A stretch of 64,000 nt of DNA, from IMG/VR virus record IMGVR_UViG_3300044568_004364; one strand, 5' to 3'. This DNA comes from a virus. The notes beneath the pieces were generated by a model, which did not search any database, was not told the DNA's origin, and saw only the letters and a program-made list of their open reading frames with translations. Shown one piece after another: positions 10,116 through 20,695 of the stretch (positions are counted from its first letter, which is position 1; each line of letters begins with the position of its first letter). A program made the position numbers and the translations under genes.

Positions 10116-12017
10116 TTAACGGTCTCTATTAAATGTGTTATAGTCAATCGCTCGGTTTGATCCGCCTGTTGCAATTGTATCAGCTTCTCCATATACATTC
10201 AAACGAGATGTACCGATGCGTATAACTTGATTACGCTTGGGTGCAATATCGTTTGAACGTGGTATAAGGTCAATTGTAACTGTCGTATCAGCGTCAACCG
10301 TCAAAGGTTTAACCGTTAGCACTCCATCACTTAATGATAGTGTACCAATATCAGCGTCTCCTAATCTTTGAATGTTATTGCTGTCAAAGGTGTAACTATA
10401 AAGGATTCTTAAATTTGAGTCTGTTGGGTGCGCACGGTCGCCCATATAGTATGTTACACCGCCAGCCACCCAACTCGTAGAATTTACTATACTAAAGCCA
10501 TCATCAATTGTAAGAGCTGTACCATAACGCACAATAATTGATTGCGGCTGTGGTATAAGTGTTTGTGTTGCGCTTAATGCGAATGATTTAGAGACATATA
10601 CGCGTATAAGCGAATTTAATATTGCAGGGCTAATACCATCAACAGCGCGTGTCAATTGTGAATGCCTAAAGACACCATCAAATGATTCCAATTCAGTATC
10701 ACTAAAAGTTATAATGCCATTTGTAACAATGCCTTCCAATTGTGTCTTGGTTAATGTGGTAAGATTTGGATTATATTTAAATAAGACATCCAGCACCAGC
10801 TCAATATATTCAGGATTGACAAGTTCAGGCATAATAGCAAGTACTTTTTTACCACTTAAATATTGCAATACTTCTGCGCGCTCAAGTGCGGATAAATCAC
10901 TATCATCATCTGCAGCGCTTTTCTTAACAGATACAAACACTTTACCATATTGCGGAGGATCGTTTTCTTCGCCGCCCCATACGCTAACAGCTCTAAAGCC
11001 AAATGCGCTACGCAATAGTGTCTTATAGTCATCTGCAGTTACTGCTCGATTTTGTGCAACATATTGTAATGGCGCATTATACTTTATGCTGCTTAATGAT
11101 TCACTGCTTGTGCCACCAACAGCGGCCGACACTGTTTGTAATGTAATTGCGGAAATTGAGTTATTAGAGTTTACGCCGCTATATTTAAATATGTTTGCAC
11201 CGTTTGCGGCCTCACCATCGCTTATAAGATATTGCAATTCCAAGATGTTTAGATTATCTGGCTTCTTGCCAAATACACCATTACCAAATGTTATTACATA
11301 ATTGCCATTAAAGTTTTCATAAAGGAAATAGATTGGAGTAAGACCGTTAATATCATTGATATCGGAAAAAATAGTATAAACTTCAGAAATATCAGTGCGC
11401 CCAGCTTGCTGCTCATTTACCTTTAGCGTGCTCGTATCAATATTCTTGTCTGCAATAATATATTCATTATTGCTAAGATTAGAATTAATTTGCGAGCGTC
11501 GTGTTTGTATTGATCCCTGATATAATTCAACATTTTTTGCTTCAAGCAATCCAGTCGTATTATTGCGGCGACAAATTATGTCAGTTAGATTTACAAATGT
11601 ATAATTTTGTGCTTGACGTGGTATTGCAAAGTTACTGCTAAATGCAGTATTTGCAGGTATTACATATTCATTAAGACCATTGTCGCTTGATGTTATTAAA
11701 ATATTAACAACTGCCTTAGGCGCGCTTGTGCTGTGCGGAGTATAGCCAATAAGCTTTGCAGCAGATACTACATTTTGTCGCAATTGAGCGCTATCAATAA
11801 AACTTTCGTTTACTGCCATATGCGCAATCACTGCATTATAGTGTGTGTTATGCGCTAAGACATCCATGAGAATATTCAAGCCAGAGCCTGTATAGTCCCA
11901 ATCTTTAAACACGCCATCATTAGCTTTAAAGTAGCTAATCAAACTATCCTTGATGTCAGCAAAGTCAAGGTTTGTAACATTTACGGATTGTGCAGGAAGT
12001 ATGTTATTATTAGCCAT
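10116..12017 (-). CDS. gp6: Baseplate wedge subunit gp6
   Basis: LDFADIK, DYTGSGLNILMDVLAHNTHYNA, NESFIDSAQLR, QNRAVTADDY, WGGEENDPPQYGKVF. Confidence 0.95.
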   Translation of the reverse strand: MANNNILPAQSVNVTNLDFADIKDSLISYFKANDGVFKDWDYTGSGLNILMDVLAHNTHYNAVIAHMAVNESFIDSAQLRQNVVSAAKLIGYTPHSTSAPKAVVNILITSSDNGLNEYVIPANTAFSSNFAIPRQAQNYTFVNLTDIICRRNNTTGLLEAKNVELYQGSIQTRRSQINSNLSNNEYIIADKNIDTSTLKVNEQQAGRTDISEVYTIFSDINDINGLTPIYFLYENFNGNYVITFGNGVFGKKPDNLNILELQYLISDGEAANGANIFKYSGVNSNNSISAITLQTVSAAVGGTSSESLSSIKYNAPLQYVAQNRAVTADDYKTLLRSAFGFRAVSVWGGEENDPPQYGKVFVSVKKSAADDDSDLSALERAEVLQYLSGKKVLAIMPELVNPEYIELVLDVLFKYNPNLTTLTKTQLEGIVTNGIITFSDTELESFDGVFRHSQLTRAVDGISPAILNSLIRVYVSKSFALSATQTLIPQPQSIIVRYGTALTIDDGFSIVNSTSWVAGGVTYYMGDRAHPTDSNLRILYSYTFDSNNIQRLGDADIGTLSLSDGVLTVKPLTVDADTTVTIDLIPRSNDIAPKRNQVIRIGTSRLNVYGEADTIATGGSNRAIDYNTFNRDR

Positions 12018-12454
12018 TATCTTATGCGTGTTAAGTAGATTACGATTTCTGTTGTTTGATTATATGATACCTCAAATGATACACTTATACGATATGCATT
12101 ATTGTCAGAGTCATCGGTTACGCTAACTGTAAAGTCTTTAAGCCTAGGCTCATAAGATTTAATCGTGTCCTCAATCTTTCTTTGCAGCTCATATTGTGTA
12201 AGAACATTTGCGTTTTCAAATAGTAATTCGCGTATGCCAGAACTAAGTTCTGGTTGAAAGGGGCGGTCGTATGTTTCGGTTAATAGCAAATTTTTAATGC
12301 TTTGACGTACTGCATCAAGGTCACTGATTGGACGTATGTCATTATAGATTGGGTGTACTGTAAAGGCGTTATCAATGTCAGCATAAACTCCAGTGCGCGC
12401 CACATTTGTTGACTGCGTCTGATTATAGTCTGACAGTGAGAAAGAGGATGCCAT
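12017..12454 (-). CDS. gp25: Baseplate wedge subunit gp25
   Basis: AVRQSIKNLLLT..DRPFQPEL...LLFEN...YEPR. Confidence 0.92.
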   Translation of the reverse strand: MASSFSLSDYNQTQSTNVARTGVYADIDNAFTVHPIYNDIRPISDLDAVRQSIKNLLLTETYDRPFQPELSSGIRELLFENANVLTQYELQRKIEDTIKSYEPRLKDFTVSVTDDSDNNAYRISVSFEVSYNQTTEIVIYLTRIR

Positions 12455-12477
12455 ATGTTACTATTTATAAAATAATT

Positions 12478-14472
12478 TTAAGAACGCGCAAATGCTGGAT
12501 TGGAACGTATTGCTTGTGTGCCAGATTTAAGTTCATTCCTAATACTGTTTGTCCTATCAGTAAATTCTTTTATTGTTTCAGGTCTCCAATATGGATGGTT
12601 CTCCAGTGTTGCTTTTACACTATAATCATACTTACTGCTAAATGCGAGTAACGCTTCTTTCACATTTCCAGTTAGAGCAGCACTTGCAATGTTTACGCCG
12701 CGATCAAATCCTGAAAGGACTGCATTTGTTACAGTTCCTGCAGTGGATGTTGTTGTTGACTGAAGAACATCGCCACTTGGTGCTCCATAAATACCTTGTA
12801 AGATACCGTTTACATTATTGATGTTATTATACGTTTCGTCCAATGATGTTGCTGCGGAGCTGCTTAGTAATCCGACAGGAGCTGCGGTTGATGCAATATC
12901 ATCATGATAGTTGTATGCAAGTTCATGCACTGCACCCAACATAGTTATATAGTCACGCAAACCAGCTTCATCTCCAGCTGCCTTTAAAGATTGTATCTTT
13001 TCATTGTCCTTAAATAATGGCTCACTTAAACGAAACAACATATAATCATACTCTGTCTTTTGTACCGTAGGCTGACGATAGACTGGTGGATTAAACCCAG
13101 GTATAAGTTCTGGTGCGAGCCGTGTATCTGCTTTAATAAGACGTGCTACAGGTCCGCTGTTTGTATCAACTAAGTTACATACATTTACTACTCCAGCTGC
13201 AACATCTTTTATTGTTTGACCGATATTATTTGCTTCAGGAAATGCCGCTTGCAACTTTTCAAGTTGATCTCCAACAAACGCTCCAGTCTTTGCATAAGCA
13301 CCTGAAGACTCTAGGACTGCATTTGCAAATGCCCATGGATTATCTTTAACAAATTGTATAAGTTCCATGAGCTTTTGTACTTGTGCAATTCTTGATTGCA
13401 CCTCGGTTAACATATTAACAATACCAAGCCCAGGCACATAACTTGCAGCCAATTGCACAAGCTTTGCGGCAGCTATGATTGCAAGTTTTTGTGGGAGGTT
13501 ACGCGCGCAATCTGCAATAGTTGCTGCTTGTTGATATAACCCATTATCAAGATTTAAGATTTCACTATTTGCATTATCTACTACTGACAATATACCGTTT
13601 TGTATAAAGTCTCGTTTAGCATTATCATCAGAAAAACCAGTTTCATCAATCCAAATACGAGTCTTACTTGGCAATGCTTGCAGATTACTATTATAGAGTT
13701 GCTCATCTGCAATGCCATCAGCAACGGTGCGAGGCGTTATGACGTATTGCGCATTTGCGCTTCCGACATAATTAAAATCTGTTAGTGTAACAGTTACAGC
13801 GTATGTCCCAGCATTCTTAGGAGCAGCAAGTGGAGAGTCTTGACCTGAATATGTTACACGTGCAGGTATATCAGATCCAAAATTTGGTGCTGCTGTATCT
13901 AGTATTTTTATAGAGGTACTATACGCGCATGCTTGCGGTTTTTTGTTGTCTTTTGTTTCAAGACTTGGAAATGTTATGGCCACAGATAGTGGTGCAACGG
14001 TCAAATACTTTATTGTATCAACTAGTGTTTCAAAAACTGCATCTGGTGAACGTATTGGAAATACTCCTGGGTGTTGTGTTCTTATATCAGTTATGAATAC
14101 ATTGTTTTTTACAATGTCATCGTATGCAGGCACTCCAGCAGGAGGTGTACTGCCATATACAGTTGAAAAATAACCACGATATGTAGCATCGCTCTTTAAT
14201 GTAATGTTTATTGTATAGTCATAGCGCCCTACATTTTTTGGCGCGCCTGTTAATGTGTCTAAGGTGCTGCCATATGTTACACTTATGTTAACGTCAGCCT
14301 GCGGCACTTCAGTCACCTGCCATGGAGTTGATGATACACGCTCTTGTGTAATGCGATAGATCTTTAAAAGACTCTCTATATTTCGCGCTGCTCCGTTATA
14401 TGTCAATGGTACTCCAAAGGCATCACCGTTGGAATCTGCTAGTGTAATGTATAAAAATTTTGATAGTGGCAT
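12478..14472 (-). CDS. Hypothetical baseplate-region protein with MBG-like Ig repeats
   Basis: Two VTY..APKN(A/V)GxY segments; lies between gp5C and gp25; start trimmed to MPLSKF at 14472. Confidence 0.55.
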   Translation of the reverse strand: MPLSKFLYITLADSNGDAFGVPLTYNGAARNIESLLKIYRITQERVSSTPWQVTEVPQADVNISVTYGSTLDTLTGAPKNVGRYDYTINITLKSDATYRGYFSTVYGSTPPAGVPAYDDIVKNNVFITDIRTQHPGVFPIRSPDAVFETLVDTIKYLTVAPLSVAITFPSLETKDNKKPQACAYSTSIKILDTAAPNFGSDIPARVTYSGQDSPLAAPKNAGTYAVTVTLTDFNYVGSANAQYVITPRTVADGIADEQLYNSNLQALPSKTRIWIDETGFSDDNAKRDFIQNGILSVVDNANSEILNLDNGLYQQAATIADCARNLPQKLAIIAAAKLVQLAASYVPGLGIVNMLTEVQSRIAQVQKLMELIQFVKDNPWAFANAVLESSGAYAKTGAFVGDQLEKLQAAFPEANNIGQTIKDVAAGVVNVCNLVDTNSGPVARLIKADTRLAPELIPGFNPPVYRQPTVQKTEYDYMLFRLSEPLFKDNEKIQSLKAAGDEAGLRDYITMLGAVHELAYNYHDDIASTAAPVGLLSSSAATSLDETYNNINNVNGILQGIYGAPSGDVLQSTTTSTAGTVTNAVLSGFDRGVNIASAALTGNVKEALLAFSSKYDYSVKATLENHPYWRPETIKEFTDRTNSIRNELKSGTQAIRSNPAFARS

Positions 14473-14473
14473 A

Positions 14474-15313
14474 TTATGGGATTGGTGGACTTGTTGCCGC
14501 AGGAGTACCGCCAGCACCATCTCCTAAGTGTTTATGGGTAGCGAGTGTAAACATTCCGCCTAATGCTCCAACATCACCTGTGGCAACAAGTGCTCCGCCA
14601 ATTACGTTTACGCGTGATGTTGTTATGTTTGTAATCGAAGAAGTCATGTTTGTTGTTGACGTCGAAGTTAATGATAATATACTTGCGCTGTCAACCCCAA
14701 CTGATAATCCACCAATTATTGCTGCACCGCCAGGCGCATGAGCGCTAAATCCTGTTGAGCCAGCGAACGATATTGACCCTGTACAAACTGCAGTTCGCTC
14801 GCCTATATTTGTTTCATTAATTGGTCCAATAACCATCGTGTTTATTCCGCCAGCACGCACCGTATTATTTATGCCGTTACCTACAATCACATCCTGTTTA
14901 CCAATAATGTTTATCGCGCTGTCAGCACCAACTTCAGTCTTATGTGCGGCACCAACTTTAAGACGATATTCACCTTTTACTGTTTGGCTCATACTGCCGT
15001 TAACTTCAAGATTATAGTCTCCATTCACTGACATATTAACATTGCCATTAACATATACATTTGCATTTCCGTTGATACTAACATAATCATCGCCAATCAC
15101 CACATGATGATTATCGGATACAACAATAACGCGACGTGTACCGTCTGCAAGTATTGTGCGTTCAGTGCCGCTTTTATGGCGCTCATGGATACGCTCTTCG
15201 CCAAGAGTATCATCAACTTCAAAAACGTGCCCGCTGCGAGTTTGCCGCACATGATTAAACGGATATACTCCCTGATCTGATGTGGACGGCGCGCTAAAAG
15301 AATTGTTATTCAT
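14474..15313 (-). CDS. gp5: gp5 C-terminal beta-helix spike encoded as a separate gene, with HxH apex
   Basis: YPFNHVRQTRSGHVFEVDDTLGEERIHERHKSGT, VxGD/N octapeptide repeats, C-terminal LATHKH. Confidence 0.85.
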   Translation of the reverse strand: MNNNSFSAPSTSDQGVYPFNHVRQTRSGHVFEVDDTLGEERIHERHKSGTERTILADGTRRVIVVSDNHHVVIGDDYVSINGNANVYVNGNVNMSVNGDYNLEVNGSMSQTVKGEYRLKVGAAHKTEVGADSAINIIGKQDVIVGNGINNTVRAGGINTMVIGPINETNIGERTAVCTGSISFAGSTGFSAHAPGGAAIIGGLSVGVDSASILSLTSTSTTNMTSSITNITTSRVNVIGGALVATGDVGALGGMFTLATHKHLGDGAGGTPAATSPPIP

Positions 15314-15329
15314 AATGTATTTGAAATAT

Positions 15330-16277
15330 TTATATGTTAAATATGGAAGGCGACAATATTTGAGTTATTGCGCTTTGTGATGTTTCAGAATCTTTCCAAC
15401 GCAATACATATTTCCACTGTGCGAGAGTTGATCTCTCCAAGACGCGTCTTGGCCGTTGACTTCCAGTATTGCCTTCAATGGTAGTATGACGTTCACGCCT
15501 ACGATCATTGCATCCAACTGTAACAATTCCAATATGTCCACCTTCTGCTCTGTGTCGTACTACAATATCGCCTGCTCTCAATGTGTTATCGTCTACAAGA
15601 TGTACATACTTTCTACCAGTAGGAGTGTTTGCCCAATCCCGCCACGCTAGAGCGCTATTTGGATTTTTAGGTAAATCTGAATCTGGTATTAAGCCTGTTT
15701 GCTTGATAGACCATGTAACAAATCCTGCGCACCATAATGTAGGAGGCGCACCATATTTTGCGCCATTTGTGTTATTAATTTCTTTTCGAGCCGCAGCAAT
15801 CATGCCGCGCACAACTGCACTATTGGTAGCAGGGTCAACCTGTGGCGCCGTATCTCCAAATGATGATGTGGCTGCAGGACTACTTATTGGAGCACCTGTA
15901 GAATATCCTGAAGTGTTGTATGTAGATGCTGCACTGATACCGCGTGAATAACTAGTTGCATCTCTAGGTATAACAAACCTGTCTGCTGCTCCGTTTACAC
16001 CTGGGATTACTCCAATGATGACAGGATCTTGCGCATCAGGATCACGAAAGAATCCAAAAACCCAAGAGTCTACAGCCAGTCCCGTTGGACTAGATCCGAC
16101 GCCGTTTGCATTTGCGCTTGTCACTGGCATTAATACCGTTGCCCATGGTAAATCCACATCACGAAGATGGATGTCATCAAAATCATGATAGCCAAAGACA
16201 CGCACTTGTACACGTCCACTATTTAATGGATCTATAATATTTGTTACAGTTGCGTTAAACCAATTTTCGATTTTCAT
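15330..16277 (-). CDS. gp5: gp5 N-terminal OB-fold fused to a CHAP/NlpC-P60-type cell-wall hydrolase
   Basis: WF..V..I.DPLNSGRVQVRVFGYH...LPWA...WVFGFFRD; then WCAGFVTW, GDIVV, GGHIGIV, IEGNT. Confidence 0.85.
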   Translation of the reverse strand: MKIENWFNATVTNIIDPLNSGRVQVRVFGYHDFDDIHLRDVDLPWATVLMPVTSANANGVGSSPTGLAVDSWVFGFFRDPDAQDPVIIGVIPGVNGAADRFVIPRDATSYSRGISAASTYNTSGYSTGAPISSPAATSSFGDTAPQVDPATNSAVVRGMIAAARKEINNTNGAKYGAPPTLWCAGFVTWSIKQTGLIPDSDLPKNPNSALAWRDWANTPTGRKYVHLVDDNTLRAGDIVVRHRAEGGHIGIVTVGCNDRRRERHTTIEGNTGSQRPRRVLERSTLAQWKYVLRWKDSETSQSAITQILSPSIFNI

Positions 16278-16298
16278 TAAATTATATTTGTGTTAACT

Positions 16299-17873
16299 TT
16301 ATGCAGGTGGCAATGGCAAAACACCAGGACTGCCATCAGCAGTGGTCCCGTCGCCAGTTGATTCAGCGTCAGGAAAAATAGCTTCGCTCGGGTCCGGTAA
16401 TGGCGTAGCATTTAGCGGAACATCGCTGTTTATATCTACTGCTGGTGTTGTTGTATCTGCTGGTGGAGTTTCTCCTTCAGCTGGTATAGCTAAAATTGGT
16501 TCGTGATTTGGCACTGGTTCGCTTGTCTTTATAATTGGCAAGTCATTAACACCAAATAGTTTCAAGCGGCATGTATAGACACCATCCGTAAATATATGAG
16601 CTGCAACCGTGATTAAATAATTGCCCGATACGACTGGATCAATTTCACCACTTGTCGCCTTACGCTCTCTCAATGTTTTTGGAACTTTAAGATTTATTAC
16701 TGTTCCAGGGTTTAGGCCTGGGTTACCATATACAACAATCTCATGATCAAATTCATTTACGCGTGCCGCGAAAGATTTGGCAGTTTGTATATTTGGTAGT
16801 AATGATTCTGTAACTGAATTTTTAGGATAATCAAAACTAGAACCACCTGCGTTATTGATTTGTATGTTGCTTATGTTTGCATGAGATATGTCATGCATCT
16901 TTTGTGGCGTATTTCCATTTGGCCCAAGGCCAACACGGTATTCACGTGAAGTCCATTTGTTTGCCGACTCTGTTGTTGTAAGATTTAAGGTGTAATAGCT
17001 TTTTGATGCAATGTCGGTTACGTTAATACGATTTGCATATCCGCCTTCAGCCGCAGTTGCAAGACGATCCATTTTTAAATTGGAGCGCATAGAGAGTATA
17101 CGCTTAACATCTTTTTCATATTTCTCTTTATTTGGTTTGCTATCATCTAATGATTGGCCATACTCATACTTGTATCGTTCGCCTACACTTTTACTCGCAA
17201 GTGAATTAAATGACCCAAAATATACAACATTTCGCGATGTTGATGAAACTTTATTATATAAGAAGAAAGGAGAGCGTACACTATCAAAAGAACGTGAACG
17301 CAACCATTCAGCTGCGGATAATGGAGTTTGTATATTAATAATGCCAGTGAAATTGCTCACTGGCGGTTCTGTATCAATTATTAAATCTGCCAATTCAAGA
17401 TCTGTTACAAATATTTCGCGCAATGCCGCTTCAATGTTTGATACTGAGCGACATATTGTTTTTAATTTACTCGTATATGCAAAGTCTGATATTGCAATCA
17501 AGTTAAATATTTGTGTGTTTGGGTAATCAAGTGTCTTGGTATAGTTACTATATTCCTTGACAGAAAATGTATGTTCAATAACATTTTCTTTATCATAATC
17601 ACCAATAATCTTTAACTTAATAATTTCCTGTCCTGTTAGTTTACCAATAACTCCGCTGCCAAAGATATCATCATTATCACGTATGGTTGCACTGAGAGTT
17701 AAGACAGGCGAAAATATTTCTGCGGTAATATTAAATGATGTTACATATTGCACAATAGACATTTCAGCGCCATCGGCATTGGTCATAATCATGCTCTCAA
17801 CACGAAAATTACCAGAGATAAGTTCGCTATCTCGTGTTGCTGTCTTTGCAGCATTTATATGCGTAGTGCTCAT
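16299..17873 (-). CDS. Baseplate hub protein (gp27-like)
   Basis: Between gp53 and gp5; PFFLY, VYGNPGLNPGTVINL, SGNYLIT..H.F motifs. Confidence 0.7.
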   Translation of the reverse strand: MSTTHINAAKTATRDSELISGNFRVESMIMTNADGAEMSIVQYVTSFNITAEIFSPVLTLSATIRDNDDIFGSGVIGKLTGQEIIKLKIIGDYDKENVIEHTFSVKEYSNYTKTLDYPNTQIFNLIAISDFAYTSKLKTICRSVSNIEAALREIFVTDLELADLIIDTEPPVSNFTGIINIQTPLSAAEWLRSRSFDSVRSPFFLYNKVSSTSRNVVYFGSFNSLASKSVGERYKYEYGQSLDDSKPNKEKYEKDVKRILSMRSNLKMDRLATAAEGGYANRINVTDIASKSYYTLNLTTTESANKWTSREYRVGLGPNGNTPQKMHDISHANISNIQINNAGGSSFDYPKNSVTESLLPNIQTAKSFAARVNEFDHEIVVYGNPGLNPGTVINLKVPKTLRERKATSGEIDPVVSGNYLITVAAHIFTDGVYTCRLKLFGVNDLPIIKTSEPVPNHEPILAIPAEGETPPADTTTPAVDINSDVPLNATPLPDPSEAIFPDAESTGDGTTADGSPGVLPLPPA

Positions 17874-17874
17874 A

Positions 17875-18864
17875 TTATGCTAAGAGTGTATCGTAATACT
17901 GTTCTGAAAATTGGCGTATATAGTCTGGACGTATGACACGCAATTGTCTTTTTGATTCGTTAATCTCTTCTTCGTATTGGAGATATGACTTATAGGTTGG
18001 AGTTGTTATTGTTGTTGATGTTAACACATCATATGCGGTAAGCACTCCGCCATTTAGGTCTAAGTATTGGTATGGTGCGTTCTGATAATAGTCCCAACGA
18101 TATGTCTTGTTATTTAAACCGTTTGTCTTTGTGTTAAACTTTACATTTTTACCCAAGATATATGAATCAACTGTAGTGTTATATCTATTCTTTTCAGATA
18201 ACCCAATTGCATCATAAATCTTAATGTTTTCAAATATTGTATTTAACCATTCATTCTTAAGTGCCAACAGTGCAGGCGTTTGCGTTTCGTTCACCCACTG
18301 TATCTTAAACAAGTCAGAACCGTTTATAAAAGAGTTGCGACTAATTTCAATTCGTGTAGTGCCTATCATGCGATGTATATCATCAATGATAAGAGTATGT
18401 CGCTCAGTGTCATATCTTACAATATTTGCAACTCCAAAGGCTGCATCTGTTAATTTTAAGTATGGCAGGTATTTAGAGTCAAACGGTATACATGAAAAGT
18501 CAATAAGGTTAGTGCCATTTAAATCATTTGGATATAATATCTCTGGTGTCATAGCAGAATAACGCGAGTATTCTTTTTCCATCAGTCGCTCAAACTGATG
18601 AGACGATAGTTGCCATGCGTTATAACCATCATGCAAGAAATCATTTATGATAAAAAACGTCCAATAATATTGAGTATCGTTATATAACTTATATGATACG
18701 ATATCTGGACGTTCTGCATTATCAAGGCTATACAGAGTATATAATAATGCATCATCTGGCAGGCTGTTTTTTGATAATGCCACAGCACGAGTAATATCCG
18801 TAAGCTCAAGAGATGAGCCGTCGGAATACAAGTCATAGTTTACTTTTGGGTAAGGTTTAAACAT
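17875..18864 (-). CDS. gp53: Baseplate wedge protein gp53
   Basis: ERPDIVSYKLY..TQYYWTFFIIND and YEEEINESKRQLRVIRP. Confidence 0.9.
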   Translation of the reverse strand: MFKPYPKVNYDLYSDGSSLELTDITRAVALSKNSLPDDALLYTLYSLDNAERPDIVSYKLYNDTQYYWTFFIINDFLHDGYNAWQLSSHQFERLMEKEYSRYSAMTPEILYPNDLNGTNLIDFSCIPFDSKYLPYLKLTDAAFGVANIVRYDTERHTLIIDDIHRMIGTTRIEISRNSFINGSDLFKIQWVNETQTPALLALKNEWLNTIFENIKIYDAIGLSEKNRYNTTVDSYILGKNVKFNTKTNGLNNKTYRWDYYQNAPYQYLDLNGGVLTAYDVLTSTTITTPTYKSYLQYEEEINESKRQLRVIRPDYIRQFSEQYYDTLLA

Positions 18865-18867
18865 ATA

Positions 18868-19620
18868 TTATTTTGGAAGTGAATCTAGTGTATGCGCTTG
18901 TGTCTCCATGAATGTAACTGTTACAGTGGTTTCAAGTGGAGAACCGTCGGTATGCCACATATTGCTTGTACTGTTATATGCAGTTTGTACACCTGTTAAG
19001 AAGCAAGACCCAATCTTTGGAATATCCTCAATCTCAGGCGCTGAAACACCATCTGACTTACGAAAACTTATCTTCCATTTTGGAGGATATCGCAATTGAA
19101 AGAAGTCACCTTCAGGATATAAGCCAAGACGAAATTCATTTACAATACTTTTAATTGTATTTCTTTCCTTAGAGTTACGTGCAATAAGCTGAAATGCAAA
19201 ACTAAATGTGCGAGTATTTGTTGATGTAAATTCGGTTTGAATATTCTTATTGAGTGTTGTACCTGTACCAATACTAACTGCACTCTGCAATCCTTCACTT
19301 GCACCAGATAGTGCAGTTATACCTTGAATGATTGATCCTATACGTGCATTGCCTTCTGCCTTTGATACTGCAGCAGCTGCTTGCCCCATGACACCGGATA
19401 ATCCTGCACCTTCAGCAATTCGACCAGATAGTGAACTTATTGCACCACCGATAATACCAAGTTCCGTATTATTATAAGTAGACTCGTCACCAAATGTCAA
19501 TGAGCTTGGAATAGGCAAAGCAATAAGCTTGCTCGTTGCACGTGATTGACTGCCTTCACATTCAAACACTACAAACGGTCGCACTGTTAAATTTGCAACA
19601 TCGGACGGAAAAGTTAACAT
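18868..19620 (-). CDS. gp48: Baseplate tail-tube cap gp48
   Basis: IALPIP, RTFSFAFQLIARN..E, YPP, DGSPLE..VTVTFME; start at MLTFP, 5 nt after a TATAAATA. Confidence 0.8.
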   Translation of the reverse strand: MLTFPSDVANLTVRPFVVFECEGSQSRATSKLIALPIPSSLTFGDESTYNNTELGIIGGAISSLSGRIAEGAGLSGVMGQAAAAVSKAEGNARIGSIIQGITALSGASEGLQSAVSIGTGTTLNKNIQTEFTSTNTRTFSFAFQLIARNSKERNTIKSIVNEFRLGLYPEGDFFQLRYPPKWKISFRKSDGVSAPEIEDIPKIGSCFLTGVQTAYNSTSNMWHTDGSPLETTVTVTFMETQAHTLDSLPK

Positions 19621-19632
19621 ATAATTATTTAT

Positions 19633-20088
19633 ATGAAGAAGGGTCAATATTATAAAGGTAAATACAGAGTTGTGCACAAGAACAAATATGAAGGCGACTA
19701 TAATGCAGTTTCATACCGCAGCCTGTGGGAGCGTCAGGTTTTTAGATGGTGTGATGATACCGCCGATGTGGTACGCTGGAGCAGTGAAGAGACAGTGATC
19801 GCATACCGCTGCAAAACTGATGGTAAACTTCATCGCTACTTTGTTGACCTTAAGATACAATTTAAAAATGGAGATACATATCTTATTGAGATTAAACCAA
19901 AAAAACAGACACAAGAACCTAAGCCGCGTCTTATAAAGTCACGCTCATACATTACAGAGGTAATGACATATGCGAAAAACATATCAAAATGGGAGGCAGC
20001 AACTGAATTTTGTACAGATCGTGGATGGCGCTTTCAAATATGGACGGAAGATATTATTAAAGGACTGGGTATTAAACTACTAACGTGA
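19633..20088 (+). CDS. gp4: Head completion nuclease gp4
   Basis: KYEGD...YRSLWER...WSSEE...HRYFVD...IEIKPKKQT...KWEAA...WTED. Confidence 0.95.
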   Translation: MKKGQYYKGKYRVVHKNKYEGDYNAVSYRSLWERQVFRWCDDTADVVRWSSEETVIAYRCKTDGKLHRYFVDLKIQFKNGDTYLIEIKPKKQTQEPKPRLIKSRSYITEVMTYAKNISKWEAATEFCTDRGWRFQIWTEDIIKGLGIKLLT

Positions 20089-20107
20089 CGCAATATAAAT
20101 AGTTTGT

Positions 20108-20692
20108 ATGGCATCTCTTTTTTCTAAAATACACGCACAAGCAGAACGTGCAGGAATAAAGTTACGCACTGTAGAGTCACGTAATTGGTTTTTACGCAAG
20201 ATACAATCAATGACAACCGTGACACCACGACGTGTATTGACGGATACTGCCCTTGAGACACGTAAGCGCCCGCTCATAGGGCGAATGTTTATGTTCTTGT
20301 ACGATCCTAAAGGTAAAGATACGCTTCCGCATTATGATCGCTTTCCTCTTATACTTATGGTTGGTCCAGCAAAGAAGGGTTTTTATGGACTTAACCTTCA
20401 TTACCTTCCTCCGCGTCAGCGTGCGATATTCTTTGACCGTCTGATGGATTATACAAACAATAAAAAGTATAATGAAACAACACGGTTTAGACTAACATAT
20501 GATATGCTTAACGGCATATCAAACCTACGCGCCTTTGCACCATGTTTTAAACACTACTTGTTTGAGCATGTTACATCAAAGACTGTGGAAGTTGCACCTA
20601 GCGAATGGGAGATTGCATTATTCTTGCCAACTGATAGTTTTGTTAAAGAATCAAATACATCCATCTGGAAGACAACACGTAAATTAGTATAA
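20108..20692 (+). CDS. gp2: DNA end protector protein gp2
   Basis: GRMFMFLYDPKGKDTLPHYDRFPL...GLNLHYLP...PCFKHYL...EWEIALFLP. Confidence 0.95.
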   Translation: MASLFSKIHAQAERAGIKLRTVESRNWFLRKIQSMTTVTPRRVLTDTALETRKRPLIGRMFMFLYDPKGKDTLPHYDRFPLILMVGPAKKGFYGLNLHYLPPRQRAIFFDRLMDYTNNKKYNETTRFRLTYDMLNGISNLRAFAPCFKHYLFEHVTSKTVEVAPSEWEIALFLPTDSFVKESNTSIWKTTRKLV

Positions 20693-20695
20693 CAT

